This document shows, in pieces, positions 1 through 8,619 of a stretch of 64,000 nucleotides of DNA. The notes beneath the pieces were generated by a model. It was not told the origin of the DNA. It saw nothing but the letters and a program-made list of their open reading frames with translations, and searched no databases. Origin of the DNA: Synergistaceae bacterium UBA5560 (GTDB lineage: Bacteria; Synergistota; Synergistia; Synergistales; Aminiphilaceae); contig DIMS01000056.1 in NCBI GenBank assembly GCA_002425685.1, positions 16,511 through 80,510 on the forward strand. The letters run 5' to 3'. A program made the position numbers and the translations under genes. Within the stretch, counting starts at the first letter, position 1; each line of letters begins with the position of its first letter.

Positions 1-152
1 CACCCCGGCGCGTTCGCTCCGCCAGCTCCCGTACCAGCCCCTTGCACTCATTGCCGCATGCGCCGCCGAGTTTGACCACGCCTCTCATGATGCATACCGC
101 CCCTTTCGTTCGTTTTTTTCGTTGCGGCCGCTTCGCACGGCCTGTTGTTCCG

Positions 153-1202
153 CTAGGCCGGAAAGACCGGCATCATGTCCAGACCGAGGGTTTCGTCGAA
201 GCCCGCCATGAGGTTCGCGGACTGCAGCGCGCTTCCTGCGGCGCCCTTCATCAGATTGTCCAGGGCACACCCCGCGAGAAGCCGCCTGCCGTCGGGGTGT
301 CGTTCGAAGCCCACCAGTACCCGGTTGCTCCCGAGGACGTAGCGCGGATCGGGAAGGCGCAGATGGGCAGGTTTCGCGGCGGTGCACTGCACGAAGGGCT
401 CGTTTCTGTAGGTGTTCCGGTAGAGGCTCCAGATCTCCCCCTCGCTCAGCGGAGCGGAAAGGCGCACTGAGGCGAGGAGTTGCACGCCTCGGACGAGTTC
501 CACCGCCGTGAGGGAGAGGGAAAGGCACTCCTCGGGAAGCGCCAGTTCCTGGGCGACCTCCGCCAGATGCCGATGGAAGAAGGGTGTGACCACCCGCAGG
601 CTGCGGCTCCGGATGGGATGATGGCTTCCCGGAGAGGGCTCGGCTCCGCCCTCGGAGGAGCCCACCCGCAGGTCGAGATGGACCTCCTCCACCACTCCTG
701 CCCGGGCCAGGGGAAGCAGGCCGAGAATGGCGGAGGTGGCGTTGCATCCCACTCCGGAGACGCACCGGGCCTGCCGCAGCTCCTCCCGGTGCAGTTCGGG
801 AAGGCCGTAGATTCGTTCCGCGAGCAGCTCCGGCGCCTCGTGGGGGTGACCGTACCACCGGGCGTAGCGCTCGGGGTCGGCGAGGCGGAGGCCCGCCGAG
901 AGATCCACCACGCGGACCCTGCGGGAAAGGCAGTTTTGCACCACCGGAAGGGACGCGCCGTGGGGAAGGGCCAGAAACACCAGATCCGGCGCATCGCCCT
1001 CGGTTTCTTCCGGACCGGAGAAACGGAGATCGTCGTAGGCGCCCCGGAGATGGGAATGGACGCTCGTCACGGGATGTCCCGCACGGCTCCGGGAGATCAC
1101 CCGGCTCACTCGAAATCCGGGATGGCGCGCAAGAAGGCGCAGCAGCTCGCCTCCGGTCATGCCCGCGCCGCCCCAGACGGCCACGGTCAGTACGTTCCGC
1201 AT
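153..1202 (-). CDS. argC: N-acetyl-gamma-glutamyl-phosphate reductase family (ArgC / LysY-type [LysW]-aminoadipate-6-phosphate reductase)
   Basis: 349-aa ORF. Rossmann N-terminus VWGGAGMTGGELLRLL. Catalytic Cys context SGVGCNATS typical of the ArgC/semialdehyde dehydrogenase family. RBS AAAGGAGG 8 nt before the ATG at 1202. Lies downstream of lysW-lysX. Confidence 0.8.
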   Translation of the reverse strand: MRNVLTVAVWGGAGMTGGELLRLLARHPGFRVSRVISRSRAGHPVTSVHSHLRGAYDDLRFSGPEETEGDAPDLVFLALPHGASLPVVQNCLSRRVRVVDLSAGLRLADPERYARWYGHPHEAPELLAERIYGLPELHREELRQARCVSGVGCNATSAILGLLPLARAGVVEEVHLDLRVGSSEGGAEPSPGSHHPIRSRSLRVVTPFFHRHLAEVAQELALPEECLSLSLTAVELVRGVQLLASVRLSAPLSEGEIWSLYRNTYRNEPFVQCTAAKPAHLRLPDPRYVLGSNRVLVGFERHPDGRRLLAGCALDNLMKGAAGSALQSANLMAGFDETLGLDMMPVFPA

Positions 1203-1229
1203 GGTTTGACCTCCTTTTTAGGGGTAGGG

Positions 1230-1266
1230 AAAAAGAAAAGACCCGCGCTCCTTCGAGTCGCGGGTC
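1230..1266 (-). terminator. Hairpin GACCCGCG-11nt-CGCGGGTC followed by UUUUCUUUUU on the minus strand, between lysX and argC
   Basis: 8-bp GC stem plus U-run read directly on the minus strand. It ends about 25 nt before the argC RBS. It could be an internal terminator or attenuator, or a processing site. Confidence 0.5.
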
Positions 1267-1441
1267 GTCGGGAAACTCCTTCCGGTATGGGAGAGAACCA
1301 AAGCTCCGGTTCCTCCTCCGCCTCCGCCCACGACCCGTCTGCGGCGCTTCGCTTGGAAGCCCGCTTGCAACGCTTGTTCCGTCTCGTTTTTGTCAGTGTC
1401 CGAGAAATGTTCTCCATCACGGAAGATCCTTTTCCGGACTG

Positions 1442-2299
1442 CTAGGCCGCCGCAGCCGCAAGACTCCAGGCGTGGCGCACCACTGCGCCGGGAATGTCCA
1501 CGCCGGTGGGCTCGATGGAATTGCGGAATTCCGCGCTGTCGTTCACCTCGTTCACGAGCCATCCCCGGACGGAGGCGAAGAGATCCACCGCGAGGAAATC
1601 GCCTCCGATCGCTTCCTGGACCTGCCGCAGCAGGGTTTCGAGTGTCGCGTCGAGAGGGTGTTTTTCCGCCCGTCCTCCCCGGGCGGTGTTGGTGATCCAG
1701 TGGTCGCTCCGTCGCCGGATGGCGCAAAGCGGTTCTCCACCCACCACGAAGGCCCGCAGGTCGTATCCCTCCGCTTTGTTCACGTATTCCTGAAGGTAGA
1801 ACAGCCCGTGCCGTCCCCCGAGATGTTCCTTGTGCTCCACCAGAGCCTCCGCGGCGTCCCGGTCGTTCACCTTCGCCAGAAGGCGTCCCCAGCTTCCCGA
1901 GACGGGTTTCATCACCAGGGGATAGCCCAGTTCGTCCGCGGCGGCGAGGGCGCCCTCCGCGGAAAAGGCCACGCGGTACGCGGGCTGTGGCACTCCGGCC
2001 CGCTCCAGGGCTAGAGTCGTGGCGAGCTTGTCTCCGCAGAGCCGCATCACCGCCGAGGGGTTCATCACCCGTGCGCCCCGGGTCTCCAGAAAGGCCGCGA
2101 GGGATTCGTTGTGCCCGTGGGCGATGCATCGTGCCAGCACGACATCACCAGAAAGAGTCCGCGAGGGATCTCCCCAGGCGTCGTCCGTCACGTCCTCCAA
2201 AAGAACGGGAATGTCCAGGCGCCGGGCCGCCTCGGCAAGGAGTTTCTCCTCCGCACGGAGGCGGGAATGAAAGATCCGGAGGGATCGTGCCTGCCCCAT
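1442..2299 (-). CDS. lysX: RimK/LysX-type ATP-grasp ligase (alpha-aminoadipate--LysW ligase-like)
   Basis: ORF 1442-2572 trimmed to the ATG at 2299 ([10 protein letters not shown]...), preceded by GGTGAG. The ATG lies 2 nt after the lysW stop. ATP-grasp / RimK-like sequence throughout ([18 protein letters not shown]). Confidence 0.75.
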   Translation of the reverse strand: MGQARSLRIFHSRLRAEEKLLAEAARRLDIPVLLEDVTDDAWGDPSRTLSGDVVLARCIAHGHNESLAAFLETRGARVMNPSAVMRLCGDKLATTLALERAGVPQPAYRVAFSAEGALAAADELGYPLVMKPVSGSWGRLLAKVNDRDAAEALVEHKEHLGGRHGLFYLQEYVNKAEGYDLRAFVVGGEPLCAIRRRSDHWITNTARGGRAEKHPLDATLETLLRQVQEAIGGDFLAVDLFASVRGWLVNEVNDSAEFRNSIEPTGVDIPGAVVRHAWSLAAAAA

Positions 2300-2300
2300 C

Positions 2301-2483
2301 CTACTCACCCCAGTCTTCCTGAACCTGGGGGGCTTCCTCCACCGCCACCGGGTCCAGGGACACCACCTCAAGCTCGGTGCCGCAGTCCCCGCAGAGGAGG
2401 ATTTCCCCCACCAGCACATTTTCGGGAAGCGCCACGTTTCCCTCGCAGACCACACAGACCGCCCGTCGTTCCGATTCCGCCAT
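2301..2483 (-). CDS. lysW: LysW-type amino-group carrier protein (zinc-ribbon protein with acidic EDWGE C-terminus)
   Basis: 60 codons at the C-terminal end of ORF 2301-2762, starting at the ATG at 2483. CVVC...CGDC zinc ribbon. The C-terminal [20 protein letters not shown] matches the LysW tail to which aminoadipate or glutamate is attached. Confidence 0.75.
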   Translation of the reverse strand: MAESERRAVCVVCEGNVALPENVLVGEILLCGDCGTELEVVSLDPVAVEEAPQVQEDWGE

Positions 2484-2584
2484 CGTGCTCTCTCCTTTCT
2501 TTTTGTCGCCGCTCTCCACCGCACATCCTCCGGTTTGGTTCTTCGTCCGTCGCCCGGAAAAGCGGTTTTCACCGGTTCCGTGCA

Positions 2585-2618
2585 TACAAAAAGGCCCGTC
2601 CCCTCTCAGGGACGGGCC
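2585..2618 (-). terminator. T-box expression-platform intrinsic terminator
   Basis: 10-bp GC stem with a 6-nt loop, then UUUUUGU on the minus strand, about 100 nt before the lysW ATG. Its 5' arm overlaps the 3' side of the T-box antiterminator. Confidence 0.7.
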
Positions 2619-2931
2619 TTGAACCCGCGGTACCACCCTGCTTGAGCGCACACATGTGCACTCCCGCTCTCGGCCTGTCACGGCGACCGAACTCCGGGAC
2701 GCGTACTCCGGGAAAACCCCTTTCCGCTCCGGCTCCGCGAGCTTTCGGCATTCTCGAAACATTCCCGAAGGCGCCTCGCAGCCGGTAAGCGCCTCTCTCT
2801 GGCGGGATTTTTCCGTGCCTCTCGCTTCATCGCCATTGCCTTTCCGCTCTGTTCCGATCCCATCCCCACGAAAAAAAGCGCTTTCGTGATCGCGAGTTTC
2901 CTCCGGAGGGACCCTGCGGAAATTCTGTTTG
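2585..2931 (-). promoter_or_regulatory. T-box riboswitch leader (probable tRNA-Lys specifier) upstream of lysW-lysX
   Basis: The minus strand carries AAGCAGGGTGGTACCGCGGGTTC, an exact match to the conserved T-box AGGGUGGNACCGCG. It is followed by the terminator GGCCCGTCCC/GGGACGGGCC plus UUUUUGU. Upstream there is a Stem-I-like GGCGAUGAAGCGAG ... GCCGAAAGCUCGC with an AGAGA motif. The candidate specifier-loop 3' strand is G-AAA-G. The leader is low-GC and noncoding. Confidence 0.7.
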
Positions 2932-2937
2932 CGAAGA

Positions 2938-2965
2938 ATCTTACACGACGATCCAAAAATGTCAA
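2938..2965 (-). promoter_or_regulatory. Sigma70-type promoter for the T-box leader (TTGACA-16-TAAGAT)
   Basis: Read on the minus strand: cctcTTGACAtttttggatcgtcgtgTAAGATtc. It is placed about 35 nt upstream of the Stem I GA motif. Confidence 0.5.
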
Positions 2966-3284
2966 GAGGAACGAAGCAGACTTGGAACGAGGCAGGGAGA
3001 ATGTCATCCCTAAGGAACCTCTGAAAAATGCCACGCCGATCTCGGAAAAACGTGATGCGATTCGAGAGAGGAGCAATTCCTGCCTGATCAGAGCGTCCCT
3101 AAAACGGGACAGGGACAATGTCGTCTGTTCTTCTCTGCGGACGATGAGGAGCCAGTGTTTCCTGAGCCTGACGGAAGCGACCAAAGCGGCGATGAGTTGT
3201 GTGCGTCACGTGGTGTAGAAAGGTTTTCATGGTGTTCGGCGGCGAGTCGGCAATGTTCCGGCACGAAAGAACCCGAGAAAGGGC

Positions 3285-4061
3285 TCAGTCACTTTTCCCC
3301 AGGCTGCGGGAGAGCGTCTCCGCAGCGGTTTTCAACCCCTCCGCAAGTTCGGGAAAACGCTCTTCGGAAAAACGGAAGGTGGGGCCTGAAATGGCCAGGC
3401 AGGCCACCATGGCACCGCTTCCGTCGAAGATGGGCGCCGCCGCGGAGAAGACCCCCTCTTCTCGTTCGGCGACGCTGACGGCATAGCCGTTCGCACGCAC
3501 GTTTTCCAGGCGTGATCGTATGACGGCGGGGTCGGTGATGGTGTTCGCCGTGAGGGGTTTCGCCTCGGCGATGATCTGTTCCGCTTCGTCCGGATCGGAG
3601 AACGCCAAAAAACACCGTCCGGACGCCCCTGCCCACAGGGGAAATCTCGAGCCGAGCTGGGCGGAGCGTTTCAGCGTGTGGAGGCTTTCCACCTGTTCGT
3701 AGCAGACGCGGTATTTCCCCTGCTTGATGTAGAGGTTCACCGTTTCTCCGAAGAGATTCCGGAGCGCCACCATGACGGGAAGCGCATATTTGCGCAGGTT
3801 CAGGGACTCCTTTGCGAGTGCTCCGAGATAGATCAGGCGTGTTCCGAGACGGAAAGTCTTTGTCTCCGGATCGCGGTCGAGGAAGTGCTCCTCCACCAGG
3901 GATCCCAGAATCCGGGACGTTGTGGAAAGAGGGAGGTCCAGCTTTCTGGAGAGCTCCGTCATGCTCCATTCCGGAGCTTTTCTGGAGAAGCACAGCAATA
4001 CCGCGAGAGCTTTCTTGATCGAGGTGTTTCCGGCCTCGATCTCCCGTTCTTCGTGAGGCAT
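3285..4061 (-). CDS. IclR-family transcriptional regulator
   Basis: ORF 3285-4160 trimmed to the ATG at 4061 (MPHEEREIEAG...), preceded by GAGGAGG. N-terminal HTH (WSMTELSRKLDLPLSTTSRIL) and a C-terminal IclR effector domain. Confidence 0.8.
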   Translation of the reverse strand: MPHEEREIEAGNTSIKKALAVLLCFSRKAPEWSMTELSRKLDLPLSTTSRILGSLVEEHFLDRDPETKTFRLGTRLIYLGALAKESLNLRKYALPVMVALRNLFGETVNLYIKQGKYRVCYEQVESLHTLKRSAQLGSRFPLWAGASGRCFLAFSDPDEAEQIIAEAKPLTANTITDPAVIRSRLENVRANGYAVSVAEREEGVFSAAAPIFDGSGAMVACLAISGPTFRFSEERFPELAEGLKTAAETLSRSLGKSD

Positions 4062-4166
4062 GGTTCGTTCCTCCTCGTCAAAGAATCTTTCGCCTCCCCG
4101 GAGTGCGGGAGTCGTGTTTCTCCAGGGCTGTCGAAAGCACTGGATACCTCGAGTGTTCAAAAAATC

Positions 4167-4194
4167 TTGACAAGGAACTTCGAAAAGCTATACT
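4167..4194 (+). promoter_or_regulatory. Sigma70-type promoter TTGACA-16-TATACT for the TAXI-TRAP/lyase operon
   Basis: aaaatcTTGACAaggaacttcgaaaagcTATACTtacg on the plus strand, within a divergent low-GC intergenic region. Confidence 0.5.
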
Positions 4195-4204
4195 TACGCC
4201 AAGC

Positions 4205-4240
4205 TTCCATATTTTAGCATATAACTTCCATATTGTGGAA
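4205..4240. promoter_or_regulatory. Candidate IclR operator: TTCCATATT direct repeat and TTCCATATTGTGGAA palindrome just downstream of the promoter
   Basis: Two copies of TTCCATATT, at 4205 and 4226. The second is part of the inverted repeat TTCCA-N5-TGGAA. It is positioned about +5 to +40 relative to the predicted TSS, a classic repressor position. Confidence 0.4.
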
Positions 4241-4473
4241 TTTTGTTGGACCGGAAACAGCGTTTCGCACGAGAGGGCTTTTTTCGGAAAACGATGCAGA
4301 AGGGAGGGGGAAAGGAAGGACCACGCGGAGGAGTTGAGGCATGGGTGGCCGGCGCCGCAGTCTGACGCGACAAGGGAGACGGAAAGGTTCTTCTGTCCGC
4401 GAGCGCTATGGGGATGTTGTGAGACGTTCTGGGTTGTTTGATGTTTTTCGAGAGGGTATGGGAGGTGTTCTTC

Positions 4474-5418
4474 GTGAAGAAATGTGCGATTCTTCTCAGT
4501 CTGATGATGCTCCTCGTTCTCTCCGCCTGTGCCGGTGCGGAGGAATTCGTCCGGATCGGCACGAGCAGTGTGGGAGGCGGCTTCTATCAGATAGGCAACG
4601 TCATCGCCCAGCTTGGCGCGAAAGTCATGCCCGAGGTGAATTTCACCGCTGTCACGGGAGGCTCCATCAAAAACTGCATCAACCTGGACAAGAAAGAGGT
4701 CGAGCTCGGCATCGTCCAATCGGGAACACTGCTCGAGGCCGTTCAGGGCGTCGGCTCCTTCGAGGGGAAGCCGATCACGTCGCTCCGGTACATTACGGCC
4801 ATCTATCCCATGCCCTGCCATATTTTGGTGAACCTCGACGCGGGAATCACCTCCGTAGCGGACATGAGGGGGAAACGCATCGACTTCGGTCCCGTAGGGG
4901 GCGGTATCGAGGTGAACACGGCCCAGATTCTCGACATTTTCGGCATCACGCCCAAGGACGTGAAGGTGGAGCGTTTCGGCAGATCCGAAGTTGCGGAGGC
5001 CATGAAGACGGGCACGTCGGACGCGCACATCTGGGCCACGAACGCGCCGAATGCGGAGGTGACGGACATGATCACCTCCGGCAAGGTGGGGCTCATCGGC
5101 ATCGAGCCGGAGAAAATCAACGAGATCGTGCAGAAATATCCGTCCTTCGCCGCGGACATGATCCCCGCGAAGAGCTATGCGGGACAGGACGGGGACCTCT
5201 TCACCGTTGCCGCCGTGGGTGCTCTCGTGGCAGGCGCGGACATGAGCGACGAACTGGCCTACAAAATCACGAAAATGCTCTATGAAAACGAGGCGTTCCT
5301 GAAGGAGCGGCACAAGTATTTCGCGAACTTCTCTCTTCAGAAGGCCCTCGACGGGCGATGCATTCCCATCCATCCCGGCGCGGAGAAATTCTACCGCGAG
5401 AAGGGGCTTCTGAAGTAG
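4474..5418 (+). CDS. TRAP transporter solute receptor, TAXI family (lipoprotein)
   Basis: ORF 4438-5418 trimmed to the GTG at 4474 after GGGAGG. Lipoprotein signal MKKCAILLSLMMLLVLSAC (LSAC lipobox). TAXI-type periplasmic binding protein sequence. Confidence 0.8.
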   Translation: MKKCAILLSLMMLLVLSACAGAEEFVRIGTSSVGGGFYQIGNVIAQLGAKVMPEVNFTAVTGGSIKNCINLDKKEVELGIVQSGTLLEAVQGVGSFEGKPITSLRYITAIYPMPCHILVNLDAGITSVADMRGKRIDFGPVGGGIEVNTAQILDIFGITPKDVKVERFGRSEVAEAMKTGTSDAHIWATNAPNAEVTDMITSGKVGLIGIEPEKINEIVQKYPSFAADMIPAKSYAGQDGDLFTVAAVGALVAGADMSDELAYKITKMLYENEAFLKERHKYFANFSLQKALDGRCIPIHPGAEKFYREKGLLK

Positions 5419-5539
5419 CGACGACGGCTTGGGAGGGATACATGTCGCTGCCGACGCGGGGCGGGGCGGAACTCCTTTTCCGTCTCTCCGGTTTCACCCG
5501 CTCCGTCCGTTTCTGTAGGATGTCATGGAGGAATGAACG

Positions 5540-7480
5540 ATGATCGGAACGCCAAACGACGGTTCCGCGCAAACGGTCTCTTCGGAAAAAAAACCGGGGC
5601 GGAGGAAGCGCTCCTTCGCCGGGCCCGTGAAGTACGTGGTCACTGCGCTCACGGTGCTTCTCGCCGTCTTCCATCTCTACACGGCGTTCTTCGGGCTCTT
5701 TCCTTCGATGCAGCAACGGAGCTTCCACATCGCCTTCGTGCTGGCGCTGATTTTTCTCCTGTATCCGGCGACCTCCCGTTCTCCCATGGAGCGGCCTTCG
5801 CCGCTCGACTGGATCTGTGCCGGCCTCGGGGCGTTCTGTTCTCTCTACGTGTTCTTCAACTACGACGCCATCGCCTCCAGGGCGGGCATGTATCTGGACT
5901 ACGAGATCTATCTGGGGATCGTGTTCACGGCGCTCGTCTTCGAGGCGGCCCGAAGAACCCTGGGTAATGTCATGCCCGTCTTCTGCAGTCTGTTCCTGCT
6001 CTTCGCCTATTTCGGAAGGTCTCTGCCGGGACCGCTCCGGCACTTCGGGCTCTCCATCCCCCGCATCGTGGAGGAACTCTACCTCACCACGGACGGACTT
6101 TTCGGCCTCGTGGCGGGCGTGTCGGCCACGTACATCTTTCTCTTCATCCTCTTCGGGGCCTTTCTGGACTCCACGAAGACGTCCACGTTCTTCAACGATT
6201 TCTCCATGGCTCTCACAGGGCACATGAAGGGCGGTCCCGCACGGATCGCCGTACTGGCCAGCGCACTCATGGGGACCATCAGCGGCAGCACCTCCGCGAA
6301 CGTGGCCACCACGGGGGCCTTCACCATTCCCCTGATGAAACGGGTGGGTTTTCAACCTCACTACGCAGGAGCGGTCGAGGCCGCGGCCTCGACGGGAGGA
6401 CAGATCATGCCTCCCGTCATGGGGGCGGCGGCGTTCATCATCGCCGATGCTCTGGGGGTTCCCTACATGAAGGTTCTCCTGGCGGCCATCGTGCCGGCAC
6501 TGCTCTACTTCTGGGGTATCTGGTGTGCGCTGGGTATCGAGGCGGACAAGCTGGGAATCAAGGGCTTGGACCGCTCCCAGCTCCCGCGGCTGCGGGACGT
6601 GCTTTTTCGGGACGGCTACAAGGCGATTCCCCTGGCGGTGATCATCTACTTTCTGCTCCGTGGCTACAATCCTCTTTACGCCGCCTGCTGGGGCATCGGT
6701 GCCGCCGTGGTCTTCAGCTACGTGCGAAAGGAGAGCCGTCTCGATCTGAAGGGGTTGGTGGCGACGCTCGAAGCGGGATCGAAAACGGCCCTTTCCGTTG
6801 CCATCGCCTGTACCATCGTGGGTGTGGTCATCGGCATGATGGGTGCCACGGGGGTGGCCCTCAAGATCGGCGACGTGGTACTCGCCGTGACGCAGGGACG
6901 GTTCTTCCCCACCCTGGTGGTCACCATGATTCTCGCGGTGATCTTCGGCATGGGCATGCCCACAACGGCGAGCTACGTCATGACCAGTGCGGTGGCCGCT
7001 CCGGCTCTCATCCTGCTTGGGTCGGAACCTCTGGACGTGCACATGTTCGTGTTCTATTTCGCCGCCCTTTCCTCCATCACGCCCCCGGTCTGCGTCGGAG
7101 CCTACACCGCGGCGGGCATTGCCGGATCGGATCCCAACAGAACGGCGTTCACGTCGGTGAAGCTGGCACTCACAGGATTTCTGATTCCCTTCATTTTCAT
7201 GTACTCCCCGGAGATTTTGCTCACCAATGTCGCCTCTCCGTGGGTCACCGGGCTCGCGGTGTTGAGCGCCTTCGCGGGGGTGTACGTTCTTGCCGTCGCC
7301 ACCGAGGGATACCTGTTCTCCCCTCTGCTTTTCGTGGAGCGCCTGTGTTGTTTTGCCGCGGCGTTGTTCCTTCTTATGCCCGGATCCGCCACCGACGTGG
7401 TTGGTGTGGCGCTTTTCGGAGGAATTTTCATGTTTCAGAAATGGCGTGCGCGAAAAGGGGGCGAAAGCGGACGAGCCTGA
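5540..7480 (+). CDS. TAXI-type TRAP transporter fused permease (DctQ-DctM fusion)
   Basis: 646-aa polytopic membrane protein typical of TAXI-TRAP fused permeases. RBS GGAGGAA. It immediately follows the TAXI receptor gene. Confidence 0.85.
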   Translation: MIGTPNDGSAQTVSSEKKPGRRKRSFAGPVKYVVTALTVLLAVFHLYTAFFGLFPSMQQRSFHIAFVLALIFLLYPATSRSPMERPSPLDWICAGLGAFCSLYVFFNYDAIASRAGMYLDYEIYLGIVFTALVFEAARRTLGNVMPVFCSLFLLFAYFGRSLPGPLRHFGLSIPRIVEELYLTTDGLFGLVAGVSATYIFLFILFGAFLDSTKTSTFFNDFSMALTGHMKGGPARIAVLASALMGTISGSTSANVATTGAFTIPLMKRVGFQPHYAGAVEAAASTGGQIMPPVMGAAAFIIADALGVPYMKVLLAAIVPALLYFWGIWCALGIEADKLGIKGLDRSQLPRLRDVLFRDGYKAIPLAVIIYFLLRGYNPLYAACWGIGAAVVFSYVRKESRLDLKGLVATLEAGSKTALSVAIACTIVGVVIGMMGATGVALKIGDVVLAVTQGRFFPTLVVTMILAVIFGMGMPTTASYVMTSAVAAPALILLGSEPLDVHMFVFYFAALSSITPPVCVGAYTAAGIAGSDPNRTAFTSVKLALTGFLIPFIFMYSPEILLTNVASPWVTGLAVLSAFAGVYVLAVATEGYLFSPLLFVERLCCFAAALFLLMPGSATDVVGVALFGGIFMFQKWRARKGGESGRA

Positions 7481-7575
7481 CCCGGGCAATTCCGCAGGTC
7501 TTTTTTCGCAAGGTTTTTCGAGGGCCGTGCCACATTCGGGACGTGCTCCATTCTCTCTGACGGAGGAGATTTCTC

Positions 7576-8466
7576 ATGAAGACATCGACGAAACTCAAGG
7601 CGCTCATTCAGCAGCGGAAGGCCCTGGTTGTTCCCGGAGCACACGATGTGATCTCCGCAAAACTCATCGAAAAGACCGGTTTCGAGGCGCTCCAGGTCAG
7701 CGGCTTCGGCCTGGCCGCCACGTATCTCGGCCTGCCCGACATGGCTTTCATCACGTTCAGCGAAGTTCAGGCGTTCACGTTCAACATCATCAAGGCCGTG
7801 AAGATTCCCGTCATGGCCGATGCCGACACCGGATACGGCAACAGCATCAACGCCATGTTCGTCACCGAGGGCTTCATTCGCATCGGCGCGGCGGGCATGA
7901 ACATCGAGGACCAGTATTTTCCCAAGCGGTGCGGCCATATGGAGGGAAAGCAGATCATCCCCACGGAGGAGATGGTTCTCAAAATCAAGGCCTGCGCGAA
8001 AGTGCGGAACGAACTCGATCCGGATTTCGTCATCAACGCCCGTACCGATGCCATCGCCGTCTCCGGCATCGACGAAGCGATCCGTCGGGGAAATGCCTAT
8101 GCGGATGCCGGAGCGGACATGATCTTCGTCGAGGCTCCCAGAACCCGGGAGGATATCGTCAAGGCCGTGAAGGAGATCAAGGCTCCCGTGAGCATCAACC
8201 TCTTCGACAATGTGGAGGGAGGCAAGACTCCCCTTATTCCCGTGGAGGAGCTGCGCGAGATGGGAGTCGCCCGGGTGAGCATTCCCGTGGGCACGACCTT
8301 CGCCGCCTTCCGCGGCGTGGAGCGCTACCTTGAGGCCATCAAGGGCGGAGCGCTCGCGCCGGGACGGACCGATCTCGTCTCCTCCTTCGCGGAGTTCAAG
8401 GAGGTTGCGGGATACACTACCTTCCGGACCCTCGAAAAGGAGTTCCTTCCCAAGTTCGTGGACTGA
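7576..8466 (+). CDS. Isocitrate lyase/PEP mutase family lyase (PrpB-like 2-methylisocitrate lyase / carboxyvinyl-carboxyphosphonate phosphorylmutase-like)
   Basis: 296 aa. The ICL/PEPM signature ...EDQYFPKRCGHMEGK... (K-R-C-G-H). RBS GGAGGAG. Cotranscribed with the TAXI-TRAP genes. Confidence 0.8.
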   Translation: MKTSTKLKALIQQRKALVVPGAHDVISAKLIEKTGFEALQVSGFGLAATYLGLPDMAFITFSEVQAFTFNIIKAVKIPVMADADTGYGNSINAMFVTEGFIRIGAAGMNIEDQYFPKRCGHMEGKQIIPTEEMVLKIKACAKVRNELDPDFVINARTDAIAVSGIDEAIRRGNAYADAGADMIFVEAPRTREDIVKAVKEIKAPVSINLFDNVEGGKTPLIPVEELREMGVARVSIPVGTTFAAFRGVERYLEAIKGGALAPGRTDLVSSFAEFKEVAGYTTFRTLEKEFLPKFVD

Positions 8467-8520
8467 GCGCAGACCGTCGCCCAGAGCGAGGGCGACACGC
8501 ATTCCCACCGGTGACGCAGA

Positions 8521-8555
8521 CGGCAGGCGGAGAGGAAGTCCCTCTCCGCCTGCCG
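8521..8555 (+). terminator. 14-bp perfect hairpin GGCAGGCGGAGAGG/CCTCTCCGCCTGCC after the lyase gene (convergent gene boundary)
   Basis: The stem was read directly. It is followed by a weak U tract (GTTTCG). It sits between convergent genes. Confidence 0.4.
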
Positions 8556-8619
8556 TTTCGCTGGCGCGCTGTTCCCTCGCTTTCCAGAGCTTCGAAATTC
8601 CAGGATCCCCCCCTTGCCG

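Noticed and set aside
2886-3218. 110-aa plus-strand ORF in the low-GC region upstream of lysW
   Set aside because: Its codon usage is AT3-rich and atypical for this genome. It has a GTG start without an RBS. It lies antisense to the T-box leader and promoter. It is better explained as noncoding regulatory DNA.
5267-7489. 740-aa antisense ORF inside the TAXI permease gene, plus similar long antisense ORFs (e.g. 22822-25050, 19822-21840, 35038-37085)
   Set aside because: They are typical GC-rich antisense open frames. Their products are Arg/Gly/Pro-rich and low-complexity. They lack RBSs. They overlap well-supported conserved genes.
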